From: Tubiluchus corallicola
Taxonomy: Eukaryota; Animalia; Priapulida
Assembly: GCA_030141605.1 (NCBI GenBank)
Contig: JAQGDQ010000685.1
Location: 1-64,000 of the forward strand
DNA length: 64,000 nucleotides
Direction: 5' to 3'
The position numbers were made by a program, and so were the translations under genes. The notes under the pieces were generated by a model. That model was not told the DNA's origin and made no database searches. It saw nothing but the letters and a program-made list of their open reading frames with translations. How positions within the stretch are numbered: position 1 is the first letter of the stretch; each line of letters begins with the position of its first letter. Positions 26,437 through 39,043 of this stretch are shown piece by piece.

Positions 26437-29400
26437 AAATGTAAAATTGACATCAGACCAAATGTTTGTTGCATTCTACTTTGAAGCATCATAACGTAGT
26501 TTTAAATACGTTGACCATTGGGCAGTTTTGGTTTGCAAGCACATATACGTTCATATCAAAATATTTAGTTACAGTTCTTAACTATGTTTGACACTTGAAG
26601 TGAGAAAAGCTGACCTCTGGTCAAGGTCACAGTCACTGCAGCCATTAAGGGAGTTTTTGGGTGTCTAAAACTTTCCGAACTGCAAATAAAGCATTGCTTT
26701 CTACTAAAAATTAGTTTTCCTGTTGTACACAGCACGATTAGTTCAAAAACTCCACACTGAGATTATAATACCCCCTGGAGTCATTTAATTAGTTAACAAA
26801 AATAGGTTAATCAGATTCATAATACAATCAGAAGAGTATTTTATGGTAGGTCCAAGGCCTGCAGGGATACCTAGACTCGTGGAGGGGGAGACATATACAT
26901 CTGAGGCCTGCAGGGACACCTAGACTTGTGGAGGGGGAGGTAAGGGCACCTAGACTCATGGAGGGGGAGGCATCTACATCTGAGGCCTGCAGGGGCACTT
27001 AGACTCGTGGAGGGGGAGACATCTACATCTGAGGCCTGCAGGGGTACTTAAGACTCGTGGAAGGGGAGGCATATACATCTGAGGCCTGCAAGGGCACCTA
27101 GACTTGTGGAGGGGGAGGCATCTACATCTGAGGCCTGCAGGGGCACTTAGACTCGCGGAGGGGGAGGCATATACATCTGAAAGTGGCTAAGACACCATTA
27201 GCAATCAACTAGTTACTCTGAGAGAATTAACCTTGATAATGAACCAAGCTCTAATCTCTCTGCAAATAAGTCCTCGCTTAACGACTCCCCGTTTAGCGAC
27301 ATTTCATTTTAACGACGCTGAACGTTTGACACCTTTTTTGACTTAAAGAAGCACGTTTCATTTTATCAACAACATTTTTTACTTAATTTGAAGCATCAAA
27401 ATGGCACATATTGCATTATTCTATTTTAAAAGTGGATGGGTGAAGTAAATAGTGCAACTATTATACATGTTTTTGCTTCCCAACTGACTACTATACCTGT
27501 ATATAAGTATACAGGTTTCAAGGGAGGCCTGTAAACAAATTTTGTACAAAGGAATTCTACCTGCAACCTGTTTCTATAGCAACCAGGCTACGTAGTAAAT
27601 GATACAGTGCTCTGGTATGATAAAATCTCCAAGGTCACTTCATGCAGCACTTGGTTTTGACTGTGCAGTGTTCATTATTTAATGGCTGCCTAGGCTTAAA
27701 CCTTATTGAAAGAGAAACTGCTAGCTACGCATGTATTAGTAAGAAAGATTGATGGTTTCAAGCAAGTAGAAAGAAATTAATTAGCAGAAACCATAGAGAA
27801 ACTCATAAAATATTTAATTTATATGATTTAAGCAGCATTGATTTTTGCTTCTGAAAAGTATCAGAAATCTCTTACATTAGTTTCTGCGGAAGTCTTGGTT
27901 TCGTTTAACGACGTTTCGCTTAACATCGCATTATCGTCGTTAAGCGAGAATTTACTGTAAAGTTAGTTAAAGTTAAAGAAGCCCTACAGTTGGATACTGG
28001 CTTCGTGCAAAGTTAGTTAAAGTTAAAGAAGCCCTACAGTTGGATGCTGGCTTCGTGCAAAGTTAGTTAAAGTTAAAGAAGCCCTACAGTTGGACGCTGG
28101 CTTCGTGCAAAGTTAGTTAAAGTTAAAGAAGCCCTACAGTTGGACGCTGGCTTCGTGCAAAGTTAGTTAAAGTTAAAGAAGCCCTACAGTTGCATGCTGG
28201 CTTCGTGCAAAGTTAGTTAAAGTTAAAGAAGCCCTACAGTTGGACACTGCCTTCGTGTAAAGTTAGTTAAAGTTAAAGAATCCCTACAGTTCGACACTGG
28301 CTTCGTGCAAAGTTAGTTAAAGTTAAAGAAGCCATACAGTTGGACGCTGGCTTCGTGCAAAGTTAGTTAAAGTTAAAGAAGCCCTACAGTGGGACACTGG
28401 CTTCTTCTTTACAGTGCGGTGTAATTAACTCAGATCTGAACAAAAACTAAGTCAACTGCTCTGTAATTTAAAGCATTAGCAGGACTTTACAACAAAATTA
28501 GCAGTAAAAGAAATGTAAATTAATCGAGTTCAACTAAATGCAAACAACTTCGTAACACTGTAAAGCTTTAAATTTTCAACCAAGAGTTTACTCACAGCAG
28601 CATAGTCTGTATATTCCTTGCTTTGATATTTTACAGAATCACTGCTTGGTCTGTCACTGGGTCCAACTTCACCAATTTCTTTCACGGGCACTAACGTCTA
28701 GGGAAACAAGATGCTGTTAATATAATGCGATAGTTATTGTAACAACGTACAAATGCCTACCTATTGGTAAGTTAGTTAATCCTAACTTGTATATAAAACG
28801 TTATCAATTTGCCGCTCCTAAAGGAAAACTGGACCCAAACTTTTATTGTTGGTGCACTCACAGAAACACTGTGAACAGAGGTTAATACCACTGAATGCTT
28901 TATTATAACATAATCAGTACATAAATGTTCCACATATCCCATAAAGTGGTTTAACCTGACTGTTCAGAGGACAGGTGAGTAAAACAGACAGGTGATTAAC
29001 AGGTAACAAACAGAAAAACAGCCCAAAACCAAAATCTTTACATTCCCGCCACAGGTGGCGCCTCGTGCACAAATTTGTAAGCAAGATTAACAAAAAAAGG
29101 CTAAGTGTGACACAGTTCGCATCCTTCTGTCTCGGAAGACAATGGAGTGTGCGCCAAGAGAGTCAGTTATTGATCACATTGATGGAGCTGCAGCGTCGAC
29201 TGTGGCTGAGCAGTGCGATCCTTGAACGTCTCCAGGGCGCACGCCTGGGCAAGTTGTATGGAGATCCTGAGTTGCCCAGAAAGCAGGAACCCCCTCTCTT
29301 CCTCGCTGGTGTAGTCCAAAGGAAAGCGGAGCAATATGTTTGGCACCAGGTTGGCTGCTGGAGCTGCCGGAGTCAGTGAGCATGCTGCACTGGTCCGCCT

Positions 29401-32400
29401 TTGGGGCTCCACTCCTGATTTAGAAGGTTTACTCCTCTACACATGGCCTTTGGGTCACTTGACCTCCTCCGCCCTCTAGCTGTTGGCTGCTTGTGCAGCT
29501 CCTCTGTCTAGTGTCGACATACAGTGTGGGCATCCCGGACCCAAACCATAGCTCAAAATAATTCCATAAAATAGTGAAAGCGAACATTTTCTCAAGAATG
29601 ACTTACATGAAAGAATTATTGCCACAGAAATCTATAACTTCACCATTGCACAGTTAGTTCTTTGCTGTTACATGCCGTTTGCCATTTGCTAGTTAGATAG
29701 GCAGTGGCGCCTGCATACTGGAAATGCATCACACAAAAACAGGTGCTGTACCTTTCAGTTTAGAGAAATTCAGTTGTGATGTAGTACATACGTTCAAGAA
29801 CTCTTGCATCAGCACAGCGGTAATTTTAAACTTAAAATTTGCCAAGTTTTCGTGTATCACACTAAATGTTATACAGTAGCTCACTATATTTGAATATCCA
29901 CTTTTGCAAACACATGCAACACGATCACGGACTGTTGAAAAATATGTTCAGTCGTGATGTCATAACTAGTCGAGCTTTCTAGTCGTTAATTGGGATTTTA
30001 GTCATAAGTCATTTATTTCACCTTACACATTTACATTAGTTGCATGTACAATATCTAGTGAAAGGACCTACAATGAACATAATACAAATAAGAAATACTG
30101 CACAGGAAAAGCTTCAAACACTGTTCACGTATATACGAAGGTAAATGTGTTGCGGGCAATCAAAAAGCAGGGCTTGTTAGATTGTCCCACACAGTGAAAG
30201 AAAAGAAAGTAATGGAGATAATCTGAAAATTTAAAGTGAATCGTGTGATAAAAAAACATTAGTGCTTAAAATGGAATGATGTAATGAATGAAGCTCATAT
30301 ATGGGATGATATAAAAGATAGAAAGACTATTATTTGTTAATAGTATGTAAAATTAAAATAACTCGATTAAGATAACACCACATATTTAACCTATTATTTA
30401 TTTACCAGAAATGCTTTGGCCTATTATAGGTGTCAAGATGTGTATACATTTTACTTCAAAATGGAGTAGTATATGAAAAATTATACTTCCTTTTCCTTTA
30501 AATGAATTTTTTTTCTGATGCATAATCTTTAATTACCCATTCGTTAAGGCTTGAATCTAGCAAATTGATTATATGAGAAAAAGAATACAGTAAGTTTGCT
30601 CTCGAGAGGCAAGCGTTTTTATCAAACTGTTTGGATCATGGGAAAAATTCTCATACCAAAATATTTTGTTTCTACTGAAATGAGAAAATTATTATTAACC
30701 TGCACAAACCTTAACTAGATTTTTGCAAATTAGTATTACGGCACGAGTAATAAACTAGCAAATACAGCCAAATAACGATGCGGCGTGTTGTTTACAGCAC
30801 AAAAAACAACAAAAGCTGCTGAGGAACAGATGTTTGCATTTAAAACAAAGAAAAAATTAAACCCATAATCAGATCTGTGGAAGTTGGAAGTGTAGATTAT
30901 AATTAGGTGCTGCCATCTATGGGCTACTCCTGTTACATTCTACCAGCTGACTTACCCCCAGTATAATTGTATGGTCCAGTGAATGCATATTCACTGGTCC
31001 TCTCCCTATTTTAAAGTGATGGTTGTTGTGAAGCCTGTGCAAGTCTGCTAAGGTCACCTATACCTATATATACTGACTGGTTTTACTTTCTAGTCACTCT
31101 CACTCTCAGTGTTCAGTGCAGGACACTCACTCTCTCACTCTCACTCTCAGTGTTCAGTGCAGCAGTCATGCTACTCATGTGTCTGTAGTTTTAATAAACA
31201 CTTTTCTGTTGTGTGCAGTGCAAATATGTATTCTAGATTTTTTATTCTTGTTCACACTTCTGTGCCTAAACTCAGTCATAACAAAGTTAGTGATCTACAA
31301 CTTCAAACATGACTTTCACAAGATCTTTGAATGTAAAGTGCTTACTAGCTAACCAAACAAACTCATCATACGTAGGGTTGCCAGTTTAGAAAATTAGAAA
31401 TACGGGACACTCTTAAAATCTCTCTATATTACGTATATAAATTTATGCATACCTACACACACAGGCCAATTAAACAAAAGTAGAGACACGAGTTAAAGAC
31501 ATAAAGAAGTGATTTCAATGGGTTATGAGAAAAACGAAAGGAAAATTGTTGGAAAATTATTTAGTACAAGCTAAAAAACTGTAAAAGTGAAATCATTTGA
31601 AAAGAGGTAACAGAGAAATATAATTATTATGTAATACTTGTAAGCAACACAGATAACTAAAGAAACTCTGAGAAAATGAAATCATTGCAAAATTCTGATT
31701 CAATAGAGACAGTATAAAAATGTAAAGAAAAATGATTTTGAATACAAACAATACAGAAAATAAACTAAAAACTTATTTAGGCTGGAGAGCGGTAACCATA
31801 GCAACTTAACAAGTTGCTAATAGATAGGAAACAAGTCAGTGTGAATGGCAACACTAGCTATATACTTTCCACGTTACAGTTTAATTATTTTCAACAAGAG
31901 AATCTGAGAAAAGAAAGTATGATTACTTATAAATTTACAACTAAGAACCGTGAGGTAGTAAAATAAATTTTTATTACAAAATTTGAAAATACACTAAATA
32001 GGGGACATTTAGGTGTCCTTGAAAAGTCAGTATGGGACAGGGGACAAAGTTGTCAAAGACGGGGACATGTCCTGTATATAAAAGACGTCTGGCAATCCTA
32101 ATCATACCTCTACGTCTCAAAGACGGGGACATGTCCCGTATATAAGAGACGTCTGGCAATCCTAATCATACCTCTACGTCTCAAAGACGGGGACATGTCC
32201 TGTATATAAGAGACGTCTGGCAATCCTAATCATACCTCTACGTCTCAAATACGGGACATGTCCTGTATATAAGAGACGTCTGGCAATCCTAATCATACCT
32301 CTACGTCTCAAAGACGGGGACATGTCCTGTATATAAGAGACGTCTGGCAATCCTAATCATACCTCTACGTCTCAAATACGGGACATGTCCTGTATATAAA

Positions 32401-35400
32401 AGACGTCTGCCAATCCTAATCATACCTCTACATCTCTGAAGTCAACCTGTTCATTACATTTGTCATAAATCAATCTTAACCTCCGGAAAAGCTGGCCGAC
32501 TATTTGCTTTAGATCAGTCTTTAACTTGACCAATTTTTCTTGTGCTTGTTGAGTTCGAACCGTGTCTCCGTTTGGTAGCTGTAATAAAACCAATAAACTT
32601 ATTAAAACTTTTGTATTAAAGGAAAACTGGATGATTGTGTAAATATTAGTTCAGAGTAAAGAATGCTCTAAAATATTGAAAACTACAATAGCCGTTTTTA
32701 AATCAAAGCTTAGATTAAATAATGATATTCAAATTTTGTTAAACTTTCAAAGCTATGCGCGGCTCGGTGAATCTACTAAGATGGGCACCGGCACCTTTTT
32801 GTCACATTCGCGTGGCCAACAAATAGAAGGCGGTACCGTGATAAGCATGATCATGAACTGCAGTGTAAGTTTCTGATGTCATATGGCGTAGAGTCCATTT
32901 CTCGTGACATCAAGCATTTAAGCAGTAAAACTTACGCAAACGTGCTTGACGCACAAGGGAAGATGCCTGCCATTGCACAAACTGCAGTTAGTTTCTGACG
33001 TAAGCAATAGCTGTGTTCGGTTGCCATTAATTAACTTTCTAAGCTAATTATTCAAATATAAGAAACAACTGCTAATTTTTATAGGCAAAAATATATATAT
33101 TTTGGTCAGTAAATTAAAATGAGATTGAGTCTAAACAATCGTCCGATCTTCCTTTAATTAAACTACAGCGCTTATATCAGACACCATCTTGTTACAGAAA
33201 GGCAACAGTAAAGAATTTTCAAAAACCACAAATGAATGACTTATTAATATTGATTTTGAAAATGCTGTACATGCGTGGCGATCAACAAAATACAAACAAG
33301 GATTAGTACAGCATATAATATTAACATAAATAACTAACAGTCTCATAAATCAAGCATCAGTAATTTACTCACTGACTGATTCACTTATGTACTCACCCAC
33401 TAATAAGGTTTTACGCAGTAAAATGTGGCAAATAAAAAAATCGTGTAGATTTTAGATAAAAATTTATTCTTTAGCGGATCCCAAACTCCACAGTATTTAC
33501 ATTAGTGTTGTTATAAATAAAACAATTTTATAACAGAACGTGCAGGAATAAATCTTGTTCATTTTCATCAACATTGACCAAATTGTATTGTTTAGGAAAC
33601 CATTTGATGATATACTTTTTGTTACGCAGTTGTGCCATAATGAATGTTTTTTAAGACTTAGACTTAACAGAAACTTGTAGTATCTTGGGGAGGTGCTGCC
33701 ATCTTTTGGCTGTAAAATTAATTTACCTATTTCTTAAACTGTTTACTGTACAATCTATTTACATACCATTTACTGGGTTTCAACTAAAGTTAATGAGCTG
33801 TAACAGGAGTCCTGGCTATTGTATGTTGGGCAGTAGTAGTTCAGGTCTCATAGTCTGCTGGTGAAGTTTAGATTTCAAATTTCATAATGTAGTTTGTCAA
33901 GGTATGTTGCTTTAAATTATATTTTGTGGTTTTTCTGATTTGCTAAGCTGAGAGGTTAGTGCTTTCATTTTTGTTATAGAGTGTTAAACTTTAGTGAATT
34001 ATTAAGTTAAACTTCCCTAAATGTTGCTTTTACTTTTATTTCAGACTGCAATTTATGTTGAAACCTACCCCCCCTTCTACACCGGCTTCACTTCTTCATT
34101 TTTTTGACAATAAAGGAATCAACCTGCCTGTATCAAAGTGTTCATCATTTTTATTGAGTTACAACATGCAGACAGACAAACTGAACAAAACATATAAAGT
34201 GGTTAATAAAGGGCTGAAACGGCGGACTTCGGGTATTCATCCTCAAAAATTAGCATGTTAACAGAAATTCACACAAATTTAATAGTGTGTGAAGACCCTT
34301 CAGTGTCTCCTCTCCCCCGCCAATTAGTCTCTTATAACAATAACAACATTAGGGGAGTAAGGGAGTGTGGGCCGCATCAGGTGGCATCTTGGGGGTGATG
34401 CGATAAATGTGCGTATATTTTTTGGAGGTTAGGATCATGTGAAAGAAGTTTTTCAAAGCTTAAGCTAATCAAAAACTCCTTGCAATTCACATTGAGACAG
34501 TCAAGGCTATTTGATCTTGCGGTTTCATCAGTTGAAAGTGACTTGGCAAAAGTTGTTGATTTTGATGAAGTAATTTTCCAGTTTGCAGCGGTGAAATCCA
34601 GGAAAGGAAAGTTCTTATTGTGACATATAATTAGTGAATACAGAATTGTTTGTGTTTTAATGCTAGTTTCTTACGATATTTCAACTAAGAGGTGTATCTT
34701 CCTACGATTAAAAAAGTGTTGCTTCATTGCGTAAATATCTCATATAAAAAATGAAAAATATTAAAAGTTTTATTTTAAAATAAACATTGTCAATGTACTA
34801 ACTTGTGTTCTTAGCACTTTAACTCAGTAGCATGGAAGACAAAATGATGTTGTCTAGATGATGTTTCTCCTAATCACCATGTAGCGAGTGCTGTACCTAC
34901 GTACATAAGATACTACTAAATGATTTTGTATAATACAGTGCCTGAGCTCCAATGCAAGGGTGACACCCACGAGTGCCACGCAGGGTGACGCCAACCCTAG
35001 CAACGCCCCTGACAACAACAGTCTGCTGCACAAATGAAATATTTAAAGCTCCTATGTAGCTCCTATGGAATACAGCAGTCACAAAGAAATTTGCTATTGA
35101 AATTGATAAGTCAAAGAACTGGTATGGTGGACGATCCATTTATGTTTGTTTGGAATTTATGTAAAACTAACAATACCAAAGGATAAAAGTACCTCCAAAA
35201 AATCCTTTCTACTGATATCGAAGACGATGTTCCGGCAAAAATTTGTAACAAAACGGGAACAAAATTTTTGACATTTATAGAACTCAACCCATGTTTAGAA
35301 CCTCATAAAGTCTATAACGACATGGAATCTGAAATCCCGGACTACCAAAGAGTTGAATTTACCAGACTTAGGACGTCATCGCATAATCTCATGGTAGAAA

Positions 35401-37413
35401 CCGGACGTTGGTCCAGAATACCGAGAGAAGACAGATTATGTACATGTGGGGAAGAAGTTCAAACAGAAGCCCACGTCTTATTGAGATGTCCGGTGACAGA
35501 AGATTTACGAATTGAACATTCTGAGTTGAACTTTTCTAGCATTTGTAACCTTATGCACTCCCCAAATTTAACGTCGTTAATGAAATATTGTTGGAGATGT
35601 GTTAAGACGTATGAGTGAAGAACTATTGTGCCCCTACATTAAAACGCGATATTTTTGTTGATTCGGTAAAGAAATTTGCCCTCTGTATATGATTTTTTGT
35701 TTTGTAGTTAAATTTTAATTTTGTTAATTATATAGTTATCGTTGCCTACTTATGTTATGTGAAATCATTACGGTGAATAAACTAATTCTAATTCTAATTC
35801 TAACACCTAACTGTGATATTAATAATATTGATACAGGTACTTATATAAACCTACCTACCTGCATAGATTTTAACATTTGAAAAATCTCGTGCATTTTAGC
35901 AACAATGTCCTCGACTACCTCCTGACCAGCTCTACACAGCCATAAGATATTCACATCCCGATTAGAGGGCACTGCGGTAGCACCAGTGGAAGATGTAGGT
36001 GGCACTGCAGCTGCGTCCATACCTGTCATAGAAAAAACTGTTTGACGTGTTACATAAAGAAAAGTGTAATTACAGGTTTACAGGTAGCATAATCCTACCT
36101 TGACTGATTTACTAAATTCATGGGAAGCCAAGACAACAAAGCTACTGATATGGTCAGCCTTATTAACTAGGAAATGAACAACTAATCTACTAAGCAGAGG
36201 TAGAGAAGAGGCAATTAAAGCTGTACCTTCTCTTTTACTTTAAAGGTGAAAGTAAAACAAAACTGAGCTTTAAGCCATAATACAAATTCATCTAACATAT
36301 ATAATATTGAAAGTAAATTGTAAAATATTAATATTTTGTTGTATGTGTTTTTCATTTTTGCATGTGTTAGTTGAAAACATGCTGCACAAAAAACAGGCGC
36401 TGTACCCGACCAGTCGAACACCTAACCACTTGAGACGTGTCACACCGAGCCTCGGTCAAATAACAGACAAGTGCTGTGGTAAACTTGAAATATGAATTCA
36501 AAGTTAAAATTTGTCAAATTTTTGATCATAATCAATGTTATACAGTAGCACTATACTACAATTTCCACTTTTGCAAACGCATTCAACACACTCATAGAAT
36601 AGTTCTAATCTTACACATGATAATTACCTTACTCGCACATGTGATGTCATCAGTAGCTATGCTCTCTAATCACTAAGTGAGTTTATTATCAAATAGTTAA
36701 TTATAAGAAATATTTTAATATTTGTTACGGGTGATAAAAATGTATATTTTAGACCATAGCTCAAAATGCAGGGTTCCCACGGTCAGGGAAATCCTGGAAA
36801 ATCCTTGAAAATACGGGCTATCCCGGAAAGTCATAGAAAAGTCAGGGAAAAAGATAATTTGGTAGAAAGTCAGGGAAAATTATAAAATGAGGCGAAAAGT
36901 CCGGGAAACTGGAAAGGGTTGGAAAAATAGTCACGGTGAACCATTATGTTTCCAAACATATTTTTCAACAATTCGTGTTCAAATAAGATTTATATGAAAC
37001 TAGGTTGCCAGTTTCGATTTCTGTTCCAAAAATAATGATTGGCCGACACATTATATATCAGTATATGTATGAATGTCCATACACAATAACGTTTAAACAT
37101 GTATACTGGTATTGCAATTTGTGCTTATCTTGGTCATGGAAAATCAATATTTGATCAGGCAAAAATCAGGGAAATTTATTCTATAATTCTGCGGGAACCC
37201 TGAAAATGGATTAGGAACAAAAAACGTGCTGTTTTACTTTAAGCTAGGTAACAGTTTACCTGGTCCTGACTGGCGTGTTACATCCTGGTACGGAGTTCTC
37301 AATGGTGCAGCTTGCTGAGCATGTAACGGAGCTGATGCATGACTCTGTACTCCAGTCTGACTTTCTCCGCTGTAAACTGGCTGTTCTGCTGTACTATACG
37401 GTTGCTGTTGCAT
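25621..37413 (-). CDS. MED30: Mediator of RNA polymerase II transcription subunit 30 (225 aa)
   Basis: Exons 37413-37260, 36022-35859 (RDVNILWLCRAGQEVVEDIVAKMHEIFQMLKSMQ), 32578-32426 (LPNG...LFRRLRLIYDKCNE), 28697-28596, 25725-25621 (QRNQQIKEVINYLRNIIWEVNTMLATRK). These match known MED30 motifs (REVN.ASLCRIGQETVQDIV, LPNG, LRLVYDKCNE, LRNLIWDINAML). A likely 5'UTR exon ends at 40002 (GTAAGC donor). Confidence 0.93.
26855..27180. repeat. G-rich ~49-bp tandem repeat
   Basis: ggcctgcaggggcacttagactcgtggagggggaggcatctacatctga, ~6-7 copies. Confidence 0.9.
27266..27957. mobile_element. Tc1/mariner (Tigger-like) MITE
   Basis: Ends taagtcctcgcttaacgac... and ...gtcgttaagcgagaatttactg|ta, with subterminal ttaacgac repeats. 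Confidence 0.7.
27959..28404. repeat. 50-bp tandem repeat, ~9 copies, abutting the MITE end
   Basis: aagttagttaaagttaaagaagccctacagttggacgctggcttcgtgca. Confidence 0.95.
30000..30590 (-). mobile_element. Probable decayed LINE 3' end
   Basis: AT-rich LINE 3'UTR-like sequence with a minus-strand AATAAA near 30015; weak protein remnants only. Confidence 0.3.
30931..31283 (+). mobile_element. Possible solo LTR
   Basis: TGTTAC...ATAACA termini, TATA-like motif at ~31065 and AATAAA at ~31194; no clear TSD. Confidence 0.35.
31373..32418. mobile_element. hAT-type MITE inserted at the MED30 exon-3 donor; right end tandemly amplified
   Basis: TIR tagggttgccag...ctggcaatccta, gggaca subterminal motifs, 8-bp TSD atcatacg/atcatacc. 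Confidence 0.85.
32056..32431. repeat. 63-64-bp tandem repeat x6 containing TE end, TSD and splice donor
   Basis: Unit ggggacatgtcctgtatataagagacgtctggcaatcctaatcatacctctacgtctcaaagac. Confidence 0.95.
34350..35011 (+). mobile_element. Internally deleted hAT transposon with transposase C-terminal dimerisation-domain remnant
   Basis: 34438-34623 translates CERSFSKLKLIKNSLQFTLRQSRLFDLAVSSVESDLAKVVDFDEVIFQFAAVKSRK (hAT ERSFS motif); GC-rich ends aggggagta...aacgcccctg. Confidence 0.8.
35160..35803 (+). mobile_element. 5'-truncated LINE (RTE-X/CR1-group-like) with C-terminal Zn motif
   Basis: ORF 35268-35618 contains TRLRTSSHNLMVETGRW...RLCTCG..VQTEAHVLLRCP; 3' end has aataaa plus an (ctaatt)n tail. 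Confidence 0.85.
36769..37202. mobile_element. MITE with CAGGGTTCCC TIRs and 6-bp TSD
   Basis: aaaatg|cagggttcccac...gcgggaaccctg|aaaatg; subterminal gtcagggaaa repeats. Confidence 0.8.
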
Positions 37414-37703
37414 TTTTACGACATCTGTGACAATCTGTTAAAATTGATAAAATATAAGCTTAATACGATAACAGAAAATACCAGCACCTCCTCCGCACAT
37501 AGAGAGATAACATCTTTTTTCCTAACATTACAAGAACCAGGTATTTTGTTTTGTTTTGTTTATTGATGACAGGAGTTTTTTAGTAAAATACGATTTTCTG
37601 TTCCTGCTAATGTCCCATTTATATTACACGATTGTATAATATAGTTGGTCACAATGATGTTGATATGAAGTAACTACATGATGATATTAATCAAAAAATC
37701 CTA

Positions 37704-38075
37704 GAGGGAAAATAAGATCCTGTTGAGCTTGACTCTAGTCCGACTCTGTGAAGAGACATGAGAGGTGTAGAATAGGGAAGCTTCGGCCGCCGGTGAAATA
37801 CCACTACTCTCATCGTTTCTTTACTTACTGAAGCGGAGGGTGAGCCGAGAGGATCTTTATTCTAGAATTAAGCGGCCGGCGCCGTGCCGGCCACGATCCG
37901 CCTCAAAGACAGTGTCAGGCGGGGAGTTTGACTGGAGCAATACAGCTATCAAAGGGTAACGCAGGTGTCCTAAGGCAAGCTCAGCGAGGACAGAAACCTT
38001 GCGTAGAGCAAAAGAGCTCGCTTGATTTTGATTTTCAGTACGAATACAGACCGTGAAAGCGTGGCCTATCGATCC
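37704..38075 (+). pseudogene. Degenerate 28S rRNA fragment (~370 bp)
   Basis: Conserved LSU strings cctgttgagcttgactctagt, ggtgaaataccactact, gggagtttgactgg, taacgcaggtgtcctaagg, ttttcagtacgaatacagaccgtgaaagc. Substitutions and a deletion fall at normally invariant positions, and it is isolated from any other rDNA. Confidence 0.93.
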
Positions 38076-38290
38076 ATTCATGATGTAATTTATGCAGTTT
38101 CAAGTCTCAAAGCAGGCAAAAATGACGGCTCAACAGGATTTTCCAGCGATCATTTAATTAACGGCCCAAATTCATTATTTGTACATATAGGTATGTTATT
38201 TAATATGATGTTATCTCACGGTACTGTACTGTACAACCTTCTCTATTCAGCTATCAAATCTACTGCTAAAGGTAAACGTGGTAAAACAGG
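38076..38290 (+). mobile_element. LINE ORF2 remnant (pre-RT region); appears to continue upstream of the rRNA fragment (~37630-37700)
   Basis: IHDVIYAVSSLKAGKNDGSTGFSSDHLINGPNSLFVHIGMLFNMMLSHG resembles the LINE 'LK.GK..G.DG...EHL' segment. Confidence 0.65.
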
Positions 38291-38385
38291 GAGACTAGAT
38301 TAGAAAATTAACACGTCACTCTAACCATGAATATATAGCTGCCAGAAAACTGTGGCATCTCCAGTACAGAACACACAGATATATA

Positions 38386-39043
38386 CAGTCTAGCCTCGTT
38401 ATCTTGCCTCTGTCCGTCTAGGGCAAATTTTTGGCGAGAGGCGAGTATGGCGAGATAACGGGAATATAACGAAGTTAGTCTATATGTATATACATAATAG
38501 TTGATTAACATAGTGTTCCTCTATATACATATAAAATATATTTCGCATTATGATACCAATGAAAATTAAATCAGAAATGAAAAAATGTCATAATCTTAGA
38601 ATGTTACTTTTTTATTTAAAAAATCTTTTTCGAGTATACACTTAAATGCAATAAACTTAGGTGTTATAGAGTAAGGATATCGGTGACGCTTTAGTTTCTC
38701 TGCGCATTAACCAACCACAGCACTCCTAATCTAATCCTGGAGAGACACACACTAGATTAATTATGTCTGTCTATCGAGTACAGCAGCATTGTCTATATAA
38801 CGCGGTTATATTGATCGACACACGGTATATGTATTGATCGATTCACCTCTGAGTTTGTCTGTTTGGCGACATAACGAACATAGTTTACATAAGCACTCAT
38901 CCTAGCATGACGTGCCGAGGGCGAGAAGCGAGGGTGGCGACTTAACGAGGTAAATATCAAAGCAGGAAATCCGTCCTGGTACTTTCTATGGCGAGAGACG
39001 AGTTTGGCGGCATAACGAGGGGCGGGATAACGAGGCTAGACTG
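38386..39043. mobile_element. Tc1/mariner (Tigger-like) MITE
   Basis: ta|cagtctagcctcgttatc...gataacgaggctagactg|ta: TIRs with TA TSD. Confidence 0.9.

Noticed and set aside
37704-38075. Functional rRNA gene
   Set aside because: Short, isolated and mutated at invariant positions.
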